A stretch of DNA of 63,961 nucleotides, the filler included, from Candidatus Tectimicrobiota bacterium (GTDB lineage: Bacteria; JACPSX01): the NCBI GenBank assembly GCA_016193065.1. It is 7 parts of 7 records of this genome, joined end to end, with 100 filler letters (N's around TTAATTAATTAA, not from the genome) between each part and the next. Parts side by side here need not be neighbours in the genome. Positions count along the whole stretch, not along the records: positions 28,912 to 49,892 come from JACPSX010000086.1; 6 more parts are not named here. One strand, given 5' to 3'. Numbering within the stretch: the first letter of the stretch is position 1; every line of letters starts with the position of its first letter. A program made the position numbers and the translations under genes. The notes beneath the pieces were generated by a model that searched no databases, was not told where the DNA came from, and was given only the letters and a program-made list of their open reading frames with translations. Below are positions 33,849 to 43,730 of the stretch, piece by piece.

Positions 33849-34301
33849 ATGGGGAACGGCAGCCTGGCATGGATAGGGAGTAATCAGACGGACGACTCTA
33901 TTGCCCGACGAAGCAAGCAGGTCCGCTTTCTTGTGATTCACGAGAACGCCCCGGTGCGCAAACTCATCAAATCGATCCTGAGGAACATGGGCTTTCCCAC
34001 AGTCCTGGAGGAATCCGTCGCCGGGAACTTTTTGGACACCTTGGTGAAAGAAAAAGTCCACGTGCTGATCTGCAGCGGTGGGGATCCACACGAACAGGAT
34101 TGGGACTGGGTAAAAGCCCTACGGGCCCAGGAGCACACTCAGAAGACCGGCGTGATCATCATCAGCAGCCTGACCGAGAAGGACGTGATTCTTGACGCCG
34201 TCCGGGCCGGCGTCGATGACTACATTGTCATGCCCTTCTCGGCCCTGGTCTTTGAAGAACGCATCGACACCCTGCTTCAGAAAAAGCAGCTCATTTCCTG
34301 A
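33849..34301 (+). CDS. CheY-like single-domain receiver with degenerate phosphorylation site
   Basis: RFLVIHEN..VRKLIKSILRNMGF, AGVDDYIVMPFS; acidic pair, phospho-Asp and Lys appear substituted. Confidence 0.7.
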   Translation: MGNGSLAWIGSNQTDDSIARRSKQVRFLVIHENAPVRKLIKSILRNMGFPTVLEESVAGNFLDTLVKEKVHVLICSGGDPHEQDWDWVKALRAQEHTQKTGVIIISSLTEKDVILDAVRAGVDDYIVMPFSALVFEERIDTLLQKKQLIS

Positions 34302-34387
34302 ACCGTCCTTCTTGTCTCCGATCCGCTCCCTGCCCTGCAACCAGCAGAGCCCGGGTCCCGGCCGTGCTCCTGGTTTTATCCGAGAGT

Positions 34388-34894
34388 TTACTTGCCGCGC
34401 AGCTTTTTGACGTCCTCGGGCGTGAGGGTCGGGGCATTATTCCCCCAGCTCGTGCGCTCGTGATTCACTACCGCGGCAATCTCCTCATCGCTCAGGTTGG
34501 CCTGGGGTGGCATGGGGGTCTGGTAGGCGACTCCGCCGATCTTCTTGCCCTGCACTCCCTTGAGGATCGACTGGATGTGATCCTTGGGATCCTTGGCCAA
34601 CACCACCGCGTTCCCCTTCAAGGGCGGGAAGGTGTTGGGCACTCCCTGGCCGTTGGGCTGATGGCAGGCGGCACAGGTGTTGGTGTACACCTGAGCCCCC
34701 AACTTTTTCCAGTCAAAACCCTTGGAGGCTTTGGCCGGAGCTTTGGCCGCGGCCAGAAGGACTCGCTGAGAAGTCAGGGTATCCCCGGCTTCCGTGGTTT
34801 CGTACAGCGCAGCGGTCAAGAGAAAGGAAGCAAATAGGAAGGAGAACAAAGCCGTGTAAATCGAAAGATGGGACTGGCTCGGACGACATTTCAT
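34388..34894 (-). CDS. Monoheme cytochrome c, divergent from the ACIII operon
   Basis: N-terminal hydrophobic segment, CAACH, FPPLKG, distal Met in PMPP, RTSWGN. Confidence 0.88.
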   Translation of the reverse strand: MKCRPSQSHLSIYTALFSFLFASFLLTAALYETTEAGDTLTSQRVLLAAAKAPAKASKGFDWKKLGAQVYTNTCAACHQPNGQGVPNTFPPLKGNAVVLAKDPKDHIQSILKGVQGKKIGGVAYQTPMPPQANLSDEEIAAVVNHERTSWGNNAPTLTPEDVKKLRGK

Positions 34895-35238
34895 CACCTT
34901 TATCCTCCTGTGAACAAAATACCGCTTTGGTTTGAACTCCCGTCCCCCGGCACTCCGCGTGAAACAGAACCCCCGGCTGACGGTACGCAACTTAACCAAT
35001 ATAGCACTTCTTTTTTTTCTGTCCCCAAAAAGTTCTCCTAGACATTTGGAAGGTTCGTGGTTATCATACCGCCGCACGCCGTAAAAAGGCTTCGTCAGTT
35101 ACCCGAGTCAAAACCGAAAGTGATCAAAATCAATGGGGGAACGCGGAGCCGCGTGAGCAGAGCGGAATAGCGTAGGGACGGGAAACTTACCCAGCGGAAC
35201 GCGGTTCTGGGGGAAGCGGCACTGCCAGGAGGATCGTT

Positions 35239-35739
35239 TTGCGGCGCCTTCTCATCGGTCTGGCTGCAGTTGTGCTCATCGTCATTGTGATGGGTCTTTA
35301 CCTCCTGGTGAGCAGCGGGGCTTCCGGACCCGTGCAACCGATCGCTTACAGCCACAAGCTCCACGCCGGCGAGTACCAGATCCCATGCCAGTACTGCCAT
35401 TCCAGCGCCCGCCGATCCCCTGTGGCGGGAATTCCCTCGGTGGAGCGCTGCATGGGCTGCCACAAGATCGTGGCCGCGGATAAGCCCGAGATTCAAAAAC
35501 TGAAAAGCTACTGGGACCGCAAGATGCCGATCCCTTGGATTCGGGTCTACAACCAACCCGATTTCGTCTTCTTCGACCACGAGCCCCACGTCCGCAAGGG
35601 AATCGAGTGCCAGAGCTGCCACGGTCCCATCCAGACCATGGAGCGGGTCTACGAAGCGGTGAATCTGAACATGGCCCGCTGCGTGAACTGCCATCGCCAA
35701 AACCAGGTCAGCGTCGACTGCCTGATCTGTCATCGTTGA
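35239..35739 (+). CDS. actA: Alternative complex III pentaheme cytochrome c
   Basis: One TM helix, QPIAYSHKLHAG, five CxxCH (CQYCH, CMGCH, CQSCH, CVNCH, CLICH). Confidence 0.9.
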   Translation: MRRLLIGLAAVVLIVIVMGLYLLVSSGASGPVQPIAYSHKLHAGEYQIPCQYCHSSARRSPVAGIPSVERCMGCHKIVAADKPEIQKLKSYWDRKMPIPWIRVYNQPDFVFFDHEPHVRKGIECQSCHGPIQTMERVYEAVNLNMARCVNCHRQNQVSVDCLICHR

Positions 35740-35750
35740 GGGGAATCTCC

Positions 35751-38696
35751 ATGGGGGGAATCGATCGACGGGATTTCTTGAAGGTCATCGGCATCGGTGG
35801 AGCTACTGCCGTATTGGCAGGCTGCTCCTCCCAGAAGCCGGAGAACGTCATCCCGTATCTAGTCCCTCCCGAGAACCCCCACCTGGGACTCTCCCTGTGG
35901 TACGCCACTACTTGCCGGGAATGTCCGGCAGGTTGCGGCCTGCTGGTGCGCACCCAGGATGGCCGGGCTCTCAAGGTAGAAGGAAACCCTTCCCACCCTG
36001 TGAACCAGGGACGCATCTGCGCCCGGGGGCAATCTTCCGTCCAGGGCCTTTACAACCCGGACCGGATTCGCCAGCCGCTGCGCAGAAAGGGCGACGGCCT
36101 CTTTGAGCCCATCGACTGGGTCCAAGCCGAGAAAATAGTGGCGGAGCGTCTGGCGGCCCTGCTGGAAAAAGAGACTTCCTCCAGGGTGGCCTGCATAACG
36201 CCCCTGTTGACGGGAACCCTTGACCGTCTCTTCGACGCCTGGCTTGCGGGACTCGGTTCCAAGCTGCGCTATTCTTACGAGGCTTTCTCCTATGAACCCC
36301 TGCGGGCCGCCAACCGGCTCACCTTTGATCAAGACGCGATTCCGGACTACGATCTCTCCCAGGCCCAGATGATTCTCTCCTTCGGCTGCGACTTTCTGGA
36401 GACCTGGGTTTCTCCGGTCTCCTTCAGCGCCCAGTACGCCCGCATGCGAACCTTCCGCAACGGCACCATGGGTACCTTCGTCCACGTGGGACCGCGCCTG
36501 TCCATGACCGGCGCCAATGCAGACGAGTGGATTCCGGCCAAGCCCGGCGCCGATCTGTACGTCGCCCTGGGGATGGTCCGCGAGATCCTGGCCCAGGGGA
36601 GCAGCCCGCTGCCCGCGGCGGAAAGAGAGATGATCGCCCGGCTGGCGGCGCCCTACGACCCCAAGACCGTGGAATCCCGCTCCGAGGTGCCGCCGGCGAC
36701 CCTGAAGCGCCTGGCGCGCCAATTCGCCAAGGCCCGACCTGGGCTCGCCCTGGGCGGGGCCGTGGCCAGCAGCGGGCGCAACGCCACACCGACACAAGTC
36801 GCCATCAACCTCGTGAACTACGTGACCGGCAACGTGGGCCGTACGGTCCACTTCGGCTCTTCTTCGAGCCTGGGGCGACTTTCCACGTACCAGGACATGC
36901 TGGGACTTGTGGAGCGCATGAACCGAGGGGAAATTGAAGTGCTCTTCCTCTACCAGGTAAACCCCCTGTTTACGCTCCCTGAAAGCGCCGGGTTCCGGGA
37001 AGCAATAAAAAAAGTCCCCATGGTCGTGAGCCTGAGCAGTTTTCCTGATGAGACCACGGCCCAGGCCCACGTGGTGCTGCCGGACCACTCGCCTCTGGAG
37101 AGCTGGGGGGATTTTTCACCCCGGCAAGGGGTCCACGGCCTTATTCAACCTGTAATGAAGCCCCTGTTCGACACCAAGGCGGCCGGAGACACGCTGCTGT
37201 CCGTCGCCCGCCACGTGGGAGGGAAACTGGTCCAGGCGCTCCCCCAGGAGTCTTTCTACGAAGCCTTGCGGGGGGACTGGAAGAAGATCTACCGCGCCTC
37301 GGCCTCCGCGGAGGACTTCGAGACCTTCTGGGAAAACGCGCTCCGCGCCGGAGGGGTGTGGAGCGAGCCGAAAAAGAGGGGTGTGCGTCTCTCTTCCCAG
37401 ATCGCCCGGGTGGACTTCTCCGAGCCCTCCTTTGACGGAGACGATCCTGCCGCTCTGGCGCTCACCCTCTATCCGTCCATCAATCACTTCGACGGCCGGG
37501 GAGCCAATCGGCCCTGGCTTCAAGAGATCCCCGATCCGGTGATCCAGGCGGCCTGGGACAACTGGGTTGAGATCCACCCCGAAACGGCCAAAAAGCTGGG
37601 CATCACCTCCGGGGATCTGGTGGAAGTGAAGTCCTCTCACGGCCGCATCGAATTGCCCGTCTACCTTTACGAGTGGATCCGCCGGGATACGGTAGCCATC
37701 CCCATCGGTCAGGGGCACGAGGAGTTCGGGCGCTACGCCAAAGGGCGCGGGGCAAATCCCATCCGCCTGCTGGGCCCAAAAGCCGAAGGCGGCTCCGGAG
37801 GACTCCCCTGGCTTTCCGTGAAGGTGACCATGAAGAATACGGGAAAGCGCTACCTGCTCACCCCTGTTGCCGGCAGCAACACCCAGTATGGGCGGCCGAT
37901 CTCCCTGGCGGTTTCCCTGTCGGATCTTTTGAAGGAGGAGCACCCCGAGAGCGAAGCCCATCCTTCCATGTACGCCCCGCACCCGCACCCCAAGCACCGC
38001 TGGGGGATGACCATTGACCTGAACGCCTGCACGGGCTGCAGCTCCTGCGTGGCCGCCTGCTACGCCGAGAACAACCTGGGCATTGTGGGCAAAGAGGAGA
38101 TGATGCGCGGGCGGGAGACCTCCTGGATCCGCCTGGAGCGCTTCATGGAGGGGAGGAGCCCGGAGAACCCGGACTTCCGGTTCTCCCCCATGCTTTGCCA
38201 GCACTGCGACAGCGCCCCCTGCGAGCCCGTCTGCCCCGTGTACGCCACCTACCACACCACCGAGGGGCTCAACGCCCAGATCTACAACCGCTGCGTGGGC
38301 ACGCGCTACTGCGCCAACAACTGCCCCTACAAGGTGCGGCGGTTCAACTGGTTTACGTACCAATGGCCCGAACCCCTCAACCTGCAGCTCAACCCCGACG
38401 TCACGGTGCGGGAAAAGGGGGTCATGGAGAAGTGCACGTTCTGCGTGCAGAGAATCCGCAGGGTGGAAATCAAGGCCCAGGTGGAGGGGCGGGCGGTCCG
38501 CGATGGGGAGATTCAGCCGGCCTGCGCCCAGGCCTGCCCGACTGAGGCCATCGTCTTCGGAGATCTGAACGACGCCGGCTCCGATGTGTCCAAGAGAGCG
38601 CGGGATCCCCGGCGCTACCGGGCCCTGGAAGAGATCAACACGCACCCGGCGATCACGTATTTGAAGAGGATCCGAGTGGATTCGGAAGAGGGCTAG
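35751..38696 (+). CDS. actB: Alternative complex III subunit B (molybdopterin-oxidoreductase-like domain fused to Fe-S domain)
   Basis: Tat motif DRRDFLK followed by lipobox-like LAGC; KVEGNPSHP; WLQEIPDP; CTGCSSC, CQHC..PCEPVCP, CVGTRYCANNCPYK, KCTFC. Confidence 0.92.
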   Translation: MGGIDRRDFLKVIGIGGATAVLAGCSSQKPENVIPYLVPPENPHLGLSLWYATTCRECPAGCGLLVRTQDGRALKVEGNPSHPVNQGRICARGQSSVQGLYNPDRIRQPLRRKGDGLFEPIDWVQAEKIVAERLAALLEKETSSRVACITPLLTGTLDRLFDAWLAGLGSKLRYSYEAFSYEPLRAANRLTFDQDAIPDYDLSQAQMILSFGCDFLETWVSPVSFSAQYARMRTFRNGTMGTFVHVGPRLSMTGANADEWIPAKPGADLYVALGMVREILAQGSSPLPAAEREMIARLAAPYDPKTVESRSEVPPATLKRLARQFAKARPGLALGGAVASSGRNATPTQVAINLVNYVTGNVGRTVHFGSSSSLGRLSTYQDMLGLVERMNRGEIEVLFLYQVNPLFTLPESAGFREAIKKVPMVVSLSSFPDETTAQAHVVLPDHSPLESWGDFSPRQGVHGLIQPVMKPLFDTKAAGDTLLSVARHVGGKLVQALPQESFYEALRGDWKKIYRASASAEDFETFWENALRAGGVWSEPKKRGVRLSSQIARVDFSEPSFDGDDPAALALTLYPSINHFDGRGANRPWLQEIPDPVIQAAWDNWVEIHPETAKKLGITSGDLVEVKSSHGRIELPVYLYEWIRRDTVAIPIGQGHEEFGRYAKGRGANPIRLLGPKAEGGSGGLPWLSVKVTMKNTGKRYLLTPVAGSNTQYGRPISLAVSLSDLLKEEHPESEAHPSMYAPHPHPKHRWGMTIDLNACTGCSSCVAACYAENNLGIVGKEEMMRGRETSWIRLERFMEGRSPENPDFRFSPMLCQHCDSAPCEPVCPVYATYHTTEGLNAQIYNRCVGTRYCANNCPYKVRRFNWFTYQWPEPLNLQLNPDVTVREKGVMEKCTFCVQRIRRVEIKAQVEGRAVRDGEIQPACAQACPTEAIVFGDLNDAGSDVSKRARDPRRYRALEEINTHPAITYLKRIRVDSEEG

Positions 38697-38814
38697 GAGC
38701 GTGTCCGCAACAGGAAAAGCGCCTTTTTCGGCGGTAGCAAAACGATTCCTTGAGGGTCGGTGGGCGATTCTCGGGCAGTGGAACGTGTCGAATAAGGCCG
38801 GAATCCCCTTCCTC

Positions 38815-38882
38815 TGTCATTCCGGCGAAGGCCGGAATCTAGGAGGAGAGAGGCTGGACCCCGGCTTGCGCCGGGGTGACGG
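38815..38882. repeat. CGTC-family REP doublet inside the ACIII operon
   Basis: GTCATTCCGGCGAAGGCCGGAATCTAG...CTGGACCCCGGCTTGCGCCGGGGTGACGG. Confidence 0.8.
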
Positions 38883-38894
38883 CGGGAGGCTGAG

Positions 38895-40214
38895 GTGACC
38901 CAGCTTACGTATTCCCGGGTCAACCGGGACCTCATCAAGACCATGGAGCCCCCCAAGAAAAACTACTACCTGACCCTGGCGGGTCTCGTGGTCGTGGTGG
39001 GGACGGGACTTGCCGCCTGGTTGTACCAGATCTCCGTAGGGCTCGGGGTGAGCGGATTGAACCACCCGGTGGGCTGGGCGGTCTACATCACCAACTTTGT
39101 GTTCTGGGTGGGCATCGCCCACTCGGGGACGCTGATCTCGGCGATCCTGTTTTTGCTACGTTGCAAGTGGCGGACCTCCGTATACCGGGCCGCCGAGGCG
39201 ATGACCGTATTTGCTTTGATGACGGCGGGCCTCTTCCCGCTCATCCACCTGGGGAGGCCGTGGTTGTTCTACTGGCTTCTCCCCTATCCGGACCGCGGGC
39301 TTTTGTGGCCCAACTTCCGCTCCCCCCTCATGTGGGATGTTTTCGCGGTGAGCACCTACCTCACGGTGAGTGTCATGTTCTTCATCACGGGCCTGGTCCC
39401 TGACGTGGCGGCCGTCCGGGATAAAGCCACTGGCCTGCGAAAGAAGATCTACAGTCTTCTGGCCCAGGGGTGGCAAGGGACGGACAACCAGTGGCGCCAC
39501 TACTCCAGCGCTTATCTCTTTCTGGCGGCCTTTGCCACTCCCCTGGTGATCTCGGTCCACAGCGTGGTCTCCTGGGATTTCGCCATGTCCATCGTGCCGG
39601 GCTGGCACAGCACGATCTTCGCCCCCTATTTCGTGGCCGGGGCGATCCATTCGGGGCTGGCCATGGTGCTCACGATCATGATCCCCCTGCGCAAGCTCAT
39701 GAAACTCGAGGACTACGTCACCGGAAAGCACCTGGAAAACCTGGCCAAGCTCATCATCGTCACGGGGCTTATCGTGGGCTACTCTTACATCGCGGAGTTT
39801 TTCGTGGCTTGGTACAGCCAGGTCCCCTACGAACAGGCGGCCTTCCAGTACCGGGCCTTCGGGGACTACAAGGTGCTCTTCTGGTTCATGGTCCTGTTCA
39901 ACACCATCGCCCCCCTGTTCTTCTTCGCGAAGAAGTTCCGCACCAGCACGTTCTGGCTGCTGGCGATCGCCATCATGGTGAACATCGGCATGTGGCTGGA
40001 GCGGTTCGTGATCATCGTGGGCTCCCTTGCCCACGAATTCATGCCGTTCACCTGGGGGCTTTACCGGATCCGGTTGCCCGAAGTGCTGATCACGATCGGC
40101 GGCTTCGGCTGGTTCTTCCTCCTGTTTCTGATCTTCGTCAAGATCCTGCCCGTGGTCTCCATCACGGAGATTAAGGAAGAGATCCGACACGAAGTCGAGG
40201 AGGGGAAGCCATGA
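38895..40214 (+). CDS. actC: Alternative complex III subunit C (NrfD-family quinol-binding membrane protein)
   Basis: ITNFVFWVGIAHSGTLISA, HLGRPW, WPNFRSPLMWD, SVHSVVSWDFA, GMWLERF. Confidence 0.94.
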   Translation: MTQLTYSRVNRDLIKTMEPPKKNYYLTLAGLVVVVGTGLAAWLYQISVGLGVSGLNHPVGWAVYITNFVFWVGIAHSGTLISAILFLLRCKWRTSVYRAAEAMTVFALMTAGLFPLIHLGRPWLFYWLLPYPDRGLLWPNFRSPLMWDVFAVSTYLTVSVMFFITGLVPDVAAVRDKATGLRKKIYSLLAQGWQGTDNQWRHYSSAYLFLAAFATPLVISVHSVVSWDFAMSIVPGWHSTIFAPYFVAGAIHSGLAMVLTIMIPLRKLMKLEDYVTGKHLENLAKLIIVTGLIVGYSYIAEFFVAWYSQVPYEQAAFQYRAFGDYKVLFWFMVLFNTIAPLFFFAKKFRTSTFWLLAIAIMVNIGMWLERFVIIVGSLAHEFMPFTWGLYRIRLPEVLITIGGFGWFFLLFLIFVKILPVVSITEIKEEIRHEVEEGKP

Positions 40215-40726
40215 GAAAGGCCGAACCGGGCGTGCTGGGGATCTTTGCGCGCCTGGAGCCGCTGCTGGAAGCCTGCAAAAGACTGCGGCGTGAGGGGGTT
40301 CAAAAGTTCCAGGTGATCACGCCGATCCCGGTGGAAGAGGTGCAGGAAATTCTGGAAAAACCCAGGAGCTCCGTCCGCCTCTTCGCGCTCATCGGCGGCA
40401 TGCTGGGCATGGCCTCCGGATTCGCCCTGACGATCTGGACATCGCTGGACATCGGGTTGATCTCCGGGGGGAAGCCGATCATCTCCCTGCCCGCCTATGT
40501 AGTTATTGCTTTCGAGATGACGATCCTCTTTGGCGCCCTGGGAACCGTGCTGGGCCTTTTCTGGAACATCCGGCTGCCCCGCTTCACGCTGGACCCCTTT
40601 TACGACCCCAAGTTTTCCGAAGACCACTTCGGCCTCTGGATCCCCTGCGGAGCCTTGGACGCGCCCCGGGTGGAGGCTTCATTGCGCTCCCTGGGAGCCG
40701 AGGAGGTGCGTTTTGAAAAAGGCTAG
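40211..40726 (+). CDS. actD: Alternative complex III subunit D (DUF3341)
   Basis: TPIPV, GGKP, IAFEMTILFGAL, DPKFSEDHFG. Confidence 0.9.
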   Translation: MRKAEPGVLGIFARLEPLLEACKRLRREGVQKFQVITPIPVEEVQEILEKPRSSVRLFALIGGMLGMASGFALTIWTSLDIGLISGGKPIISLPAYVVIAFEMTILFGALGTVLGLFWNIRLPRFTLDPFYDPKFSEDHFGLWIPCGALDAPRVEASLRSLGAEEVRFEKG

Positions 40727-41210
40727 CTTCGCACTTCTGGTGGGATTCCTGATCTTTTGGCTGGGGGCGGCGGGACCGGCGCAGGGGTTTCCGTGGAGCA
40801 AGGACATGATCCGGCAGCCCTCCGTGAAGCCCCAGGAAAACCCTCGACCGGAGCCCGAAGGGTCCGTCCCCGTGGACGGGCGGGATCGCCCCATGAGCCG
40901 AGAAAAGGCAGGGCAGATCTTGCGCAACCCCGTCCAGACCACCGCAGATTCCGTTGAAAACGGCAAGAAACTCTACAACATCTACTGCGCGCTTTGTCAC
41001 GGGCCCACGGCCACCGGGGGTGGGCCCGTTTCCCGGAAATTCGTCCCCCCTCCCAACTTGACGGATGATTTCTTCAAGAAGAGACCCGACGGCTTCCTCT
41101 TTGAGACGATCCGCAGCGGCGGGCCCGTCATGCCCGGCTACCGGGAGAGCCTTACGCCCAAGGAGCGCTGGGACATCGTGAACTATCTGAGGAGATTGCA
41201 AGGTCAATGA
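40713..41210 (+). CDS. actE: Alternative complex III subunit E (monoheme cytochrome c)
   Basis: DMIRQPSVKPQE, PEGSVP, YCALCHG, MPGY, ERWDIVNYLR; TTG start inferred. Confidence 0.88.
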   Translation: MKKASFALLVGFLIFWLGAAGPAQGFPWSKDMIRQPSVKPQENPRPEPEGSVPVDGRDRPMSREKAGQILRNPVQTTADSVENGKKLYNIYCALCHGPTATGGGPVSRKFVPPPNLTDDFFKKRPDGFLFETIRSGGPVMPGYRESLTPKERWDIVNYLRRLQGQ

Positions 41211-42445
41211 TGGCACCGCAAGCGCCTGCTCAACCCCTGTCGGAGAGTCTGCCGGAGACGCGCCGCCTGCGTTCTTTTCTCTGGGTGTTGCTGATCCTGG
41301 GTGCGGCGGCATTCCTGATCGGGGCGCTGGGCGCAAGCCCCCAACGCGCCTGGCAAACCTACCTGGTCAACTTTCTCTTCTGGTCCGGGATCGCCCAGGC
41401 CGGCATCGTCTTTTCCGCCGCGTACCGTCTCACCAACGCCCACTGGGGGGAATCCATGCGCCGGCTGGCCGAGGGAATGGCGGGGGTCTTGCCCGTATCT
41501 TTCGTCCTCTTTCTGCTCCTGTTCTTCGGTCGTTCCTTTCTCTTCCCATGGATCGAAACCTCGGCCCACGGCAAGGAATCCTGGCTCAACTTCCCCTTTC
41601 TGTTCGCCCGGGACGGAATCAGCCTGATCATGCTCTACGGGGTGAGCTTCGTTTACCTCTACTACACCCTGCGCCCGATTGCGGGAGAAAGATTCGAAGG
41701 GCGGGGAACCCCCTCCGGCCTGCATCGGTTCCTCATCCGGGGCTGGCAAGGCTTGAGCGGGGAGCGGGCCCGCAGTGAGCGGGTCCTGAGAAGCCTGGCA
41801 GTGGCCGTCGTCCTCACCTATGCGGCCGTATACACCTTGCTGGCCTTCGACCTGGTCATGTCCCTGGAACCCCAGTGGTACAGTACCCTGTTCGGGGCTT
41901 ACTTCTTCATGGGGAACTTCTACCTGGGCCTGGCGTTCCTGGGCGTCACGACTATCCTGGTGCGCAAATCCGCACGGCTGGCGTCCCAACTCCCGTCCCG
42001 CAACTTCTGGGACCTCGGCAAGCTCATGCTGGCCTTCGGCATGGTCACGGGGGACTTCTTCTTCTCCCAGTTCCTAGTGATCTGGTACGGAAACCTCCCC
42101 GAAGAGATCACCTTCGTGATCCACCGCACCAAAGACATGCCCTGGGCGACTCTGTCTTGGATCGTGCTCTTCGGCGGGTATCTGGGACCCGTTCTCCTCC
42201 TCTTCAGCCGCGCCGTCAAGCTGCACGCCCGCAGCTTCGTCCTGGTGAGCCTCCTGGTCCTGGTCGTCATGTGGATCGAGCGCTACCTGCTCGTGGTGCC
42301 TTCCCTCTGGCACGAGAAGTCGCTGCCGCTGGGATGGATCGAAGTGCTGGTGACGGCGGGATTCGCGGGCGCGATGGGTCTCAGCGTTCTGGAGTTCTGG
42401 CGCCGCCTGCCCTTCTTTTTCCCCTCCTCCGGTTCCAAGCCTTAG
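41207..42445 (+). CDS. actF: Alternative complex III subunit F
   Basis: MSLEPQWYSTLFG, DLGKLMLAF, FSQFLVIWYGNLPEE. Confidence 0.9.
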   Translation: MMAPQAPAQPLSESLPETRRLRSFLWVLLILGAAAFLIGALGASPQRAWQTYLVNFLFWSGIAQAGIVFSAAYRLTNAHWGESMRRLAEGMAGVLPVSFVLFLLLFFGRSFLFPWIETSAHGKESWLNFPFLFARDGISLIMLYGVSFVYLYYTLRPIAGERFEGRGTPSGLHRFLIRGWQGLSGERARSERVLRSLAVAVVLTYAAVYTLLAFDLVMSLEPQWYSTLFGAYFFMGNFYLGLAFLGVTTILVRKSARLASQLPSRNFWDLGKLMLAFGMVTGDFFFSQFLVIWYGNLPEEITFVIHRTKDMPWATLSWIVLFGGYLGPVLLLFSRAVKLHARSFVLVSLLVLVVMWIERYLLVVPSLWHEKSLPLGWIEVLVTAGFAGAMGLSVLEFWRRLPFFFPSSGSKP

Positions 42446-42499
42446 CCCGATCGCTCTCCGCGACCAAATGGACTATACTTAGGAATCGCGGGGACCCCA

Positions 42500-42973
42500 A
42501 TGGACGAGGACAGTCGCTACATGGAGATGGCCCTGGAAGAAGCCCGGCAGGCCTTGGCCCAGGGCGAGGTGCCGGTCGGAGCCGTCGCTGTTCTGGACGG
42601 GTCCGTGGTGGGCAGGGGCCACAATCGTCCCATCGGCCTTTGCGACCCCACGGCCCATGCGGAGATTCAGGCACTGCGCCAGGCCGCGCACAGGCTCGGG
42701 AGTCACCGGCTCCCCGGGAGCACTCTTTACGTCACCCTGGAGCCCTGCCTGCTGTGCGCGGGAGCGCTGATCCAGGCCCGGGTCCGCCGCCTGGTCTTCG
42801 GCGCCAGTGATGCGAAGGCAGGGGCCGTGGTTTCTCTTTACCGGGCACTGGAGGACGCCCGCCTGAACCATCAGGTGGAAGTGACCTCCGGGGTTCTGGC
42901 GGTTCAGGCGGAGATTCTCCTGAAGGATTTTTTCGCTGCCAAGCGCCGCACCGGGGATCGGGGATTGCTATAA
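42500..42973 (+). CDS. tadA: tRNA-specific adenosine-34 deaminase
   Basis: GEVPVGAV, DPTAHAEI, TLYVTLEPCLLCAGA, LNHQ. Confidence 0.93.
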   Translation: MDEDSRYMEMALEEARQALAQGEVPVGAVAVLDGSVVGRGHNRPIGLCDPTAHAEIQALRQAAHRLGSHRLPGSTLYVTLEPCLLCAGALIQARVRRLVFGASDAKAGAVVSLYRALEDARLNHQVEVTSGVLAVQAEILLKDFFAAKRRTGDRGLL

Positions 42974-42987
42974 TAGCGACGAGCGGC

Positions 42988-43083
<96 letters not shown>

Positions 43084-43311
43084 ACTTTGTCAGAGACTGT
43101 AGGACGGGTAATTGGGCACCCCATCTTTTCTTCTTTCGAGGTATCCTGCTCAACTTTTTTTTCTAGCCTCGGCGGCGCGAACTGCCAGCGCGCCTCGCTT
43201 TCGATCCAACCTCGTTGACCGTCCCCAAGGGGCGTGATACACTGATGAAAATCATCCGTGAGGGTTGATAAGAAGACCACTTATCTTCACCCACTGGCTG
43301 AGGACATGAGC

Positions 43312-43406
<95 letters not shown>

Positions 43407-43416
43407 GTTATCCCTT

Positions 43417-43687
43417 GGGTCGTGCTAGGCGGGGAGCTAGCGGTGCCCTGTACCCGCAATCCGCTACAGCGGGGCTGAATTCCTCTCTGCGGCCGTTGTC
43501 GCGGGTGAGTCAAGGTCTGGTAAGTGGCGTTGAGAGTCAGGTCTTGCGCAACGAGCTCCTGTGAACCCCGTCAGGTCCGGAAGGAAGCAGCGGTAAGCAG
43601 ATTGGCTCGTGTGCCGCGAGGCCACCTGGCTTGAGCTAACTGCCGGGCCAGACCATCCCGAAGCGGTCAAGGAGAGGTGCACGGCCT
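43417..43687 (+). ncRNA. ffs: Large (Alu-domain) bacterial SRP RNA
   Basis: Alu-type 5' GGGTCGTGCTAGGCGGGGAGCTAGCGGTGCCCTGTACCCGCAATCCGCT; helix 8 GTCAGGTCCGGAAGGAAGCAGC; 5'/3' pairing with GCACGGCCT; upstream of dnaX. Confidence 0.95.
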
Positions 43688-43730
43688 CTGGATTCACGTC
43701 CGTGGAATCAGCAAACCAATTTGGGAAGCG

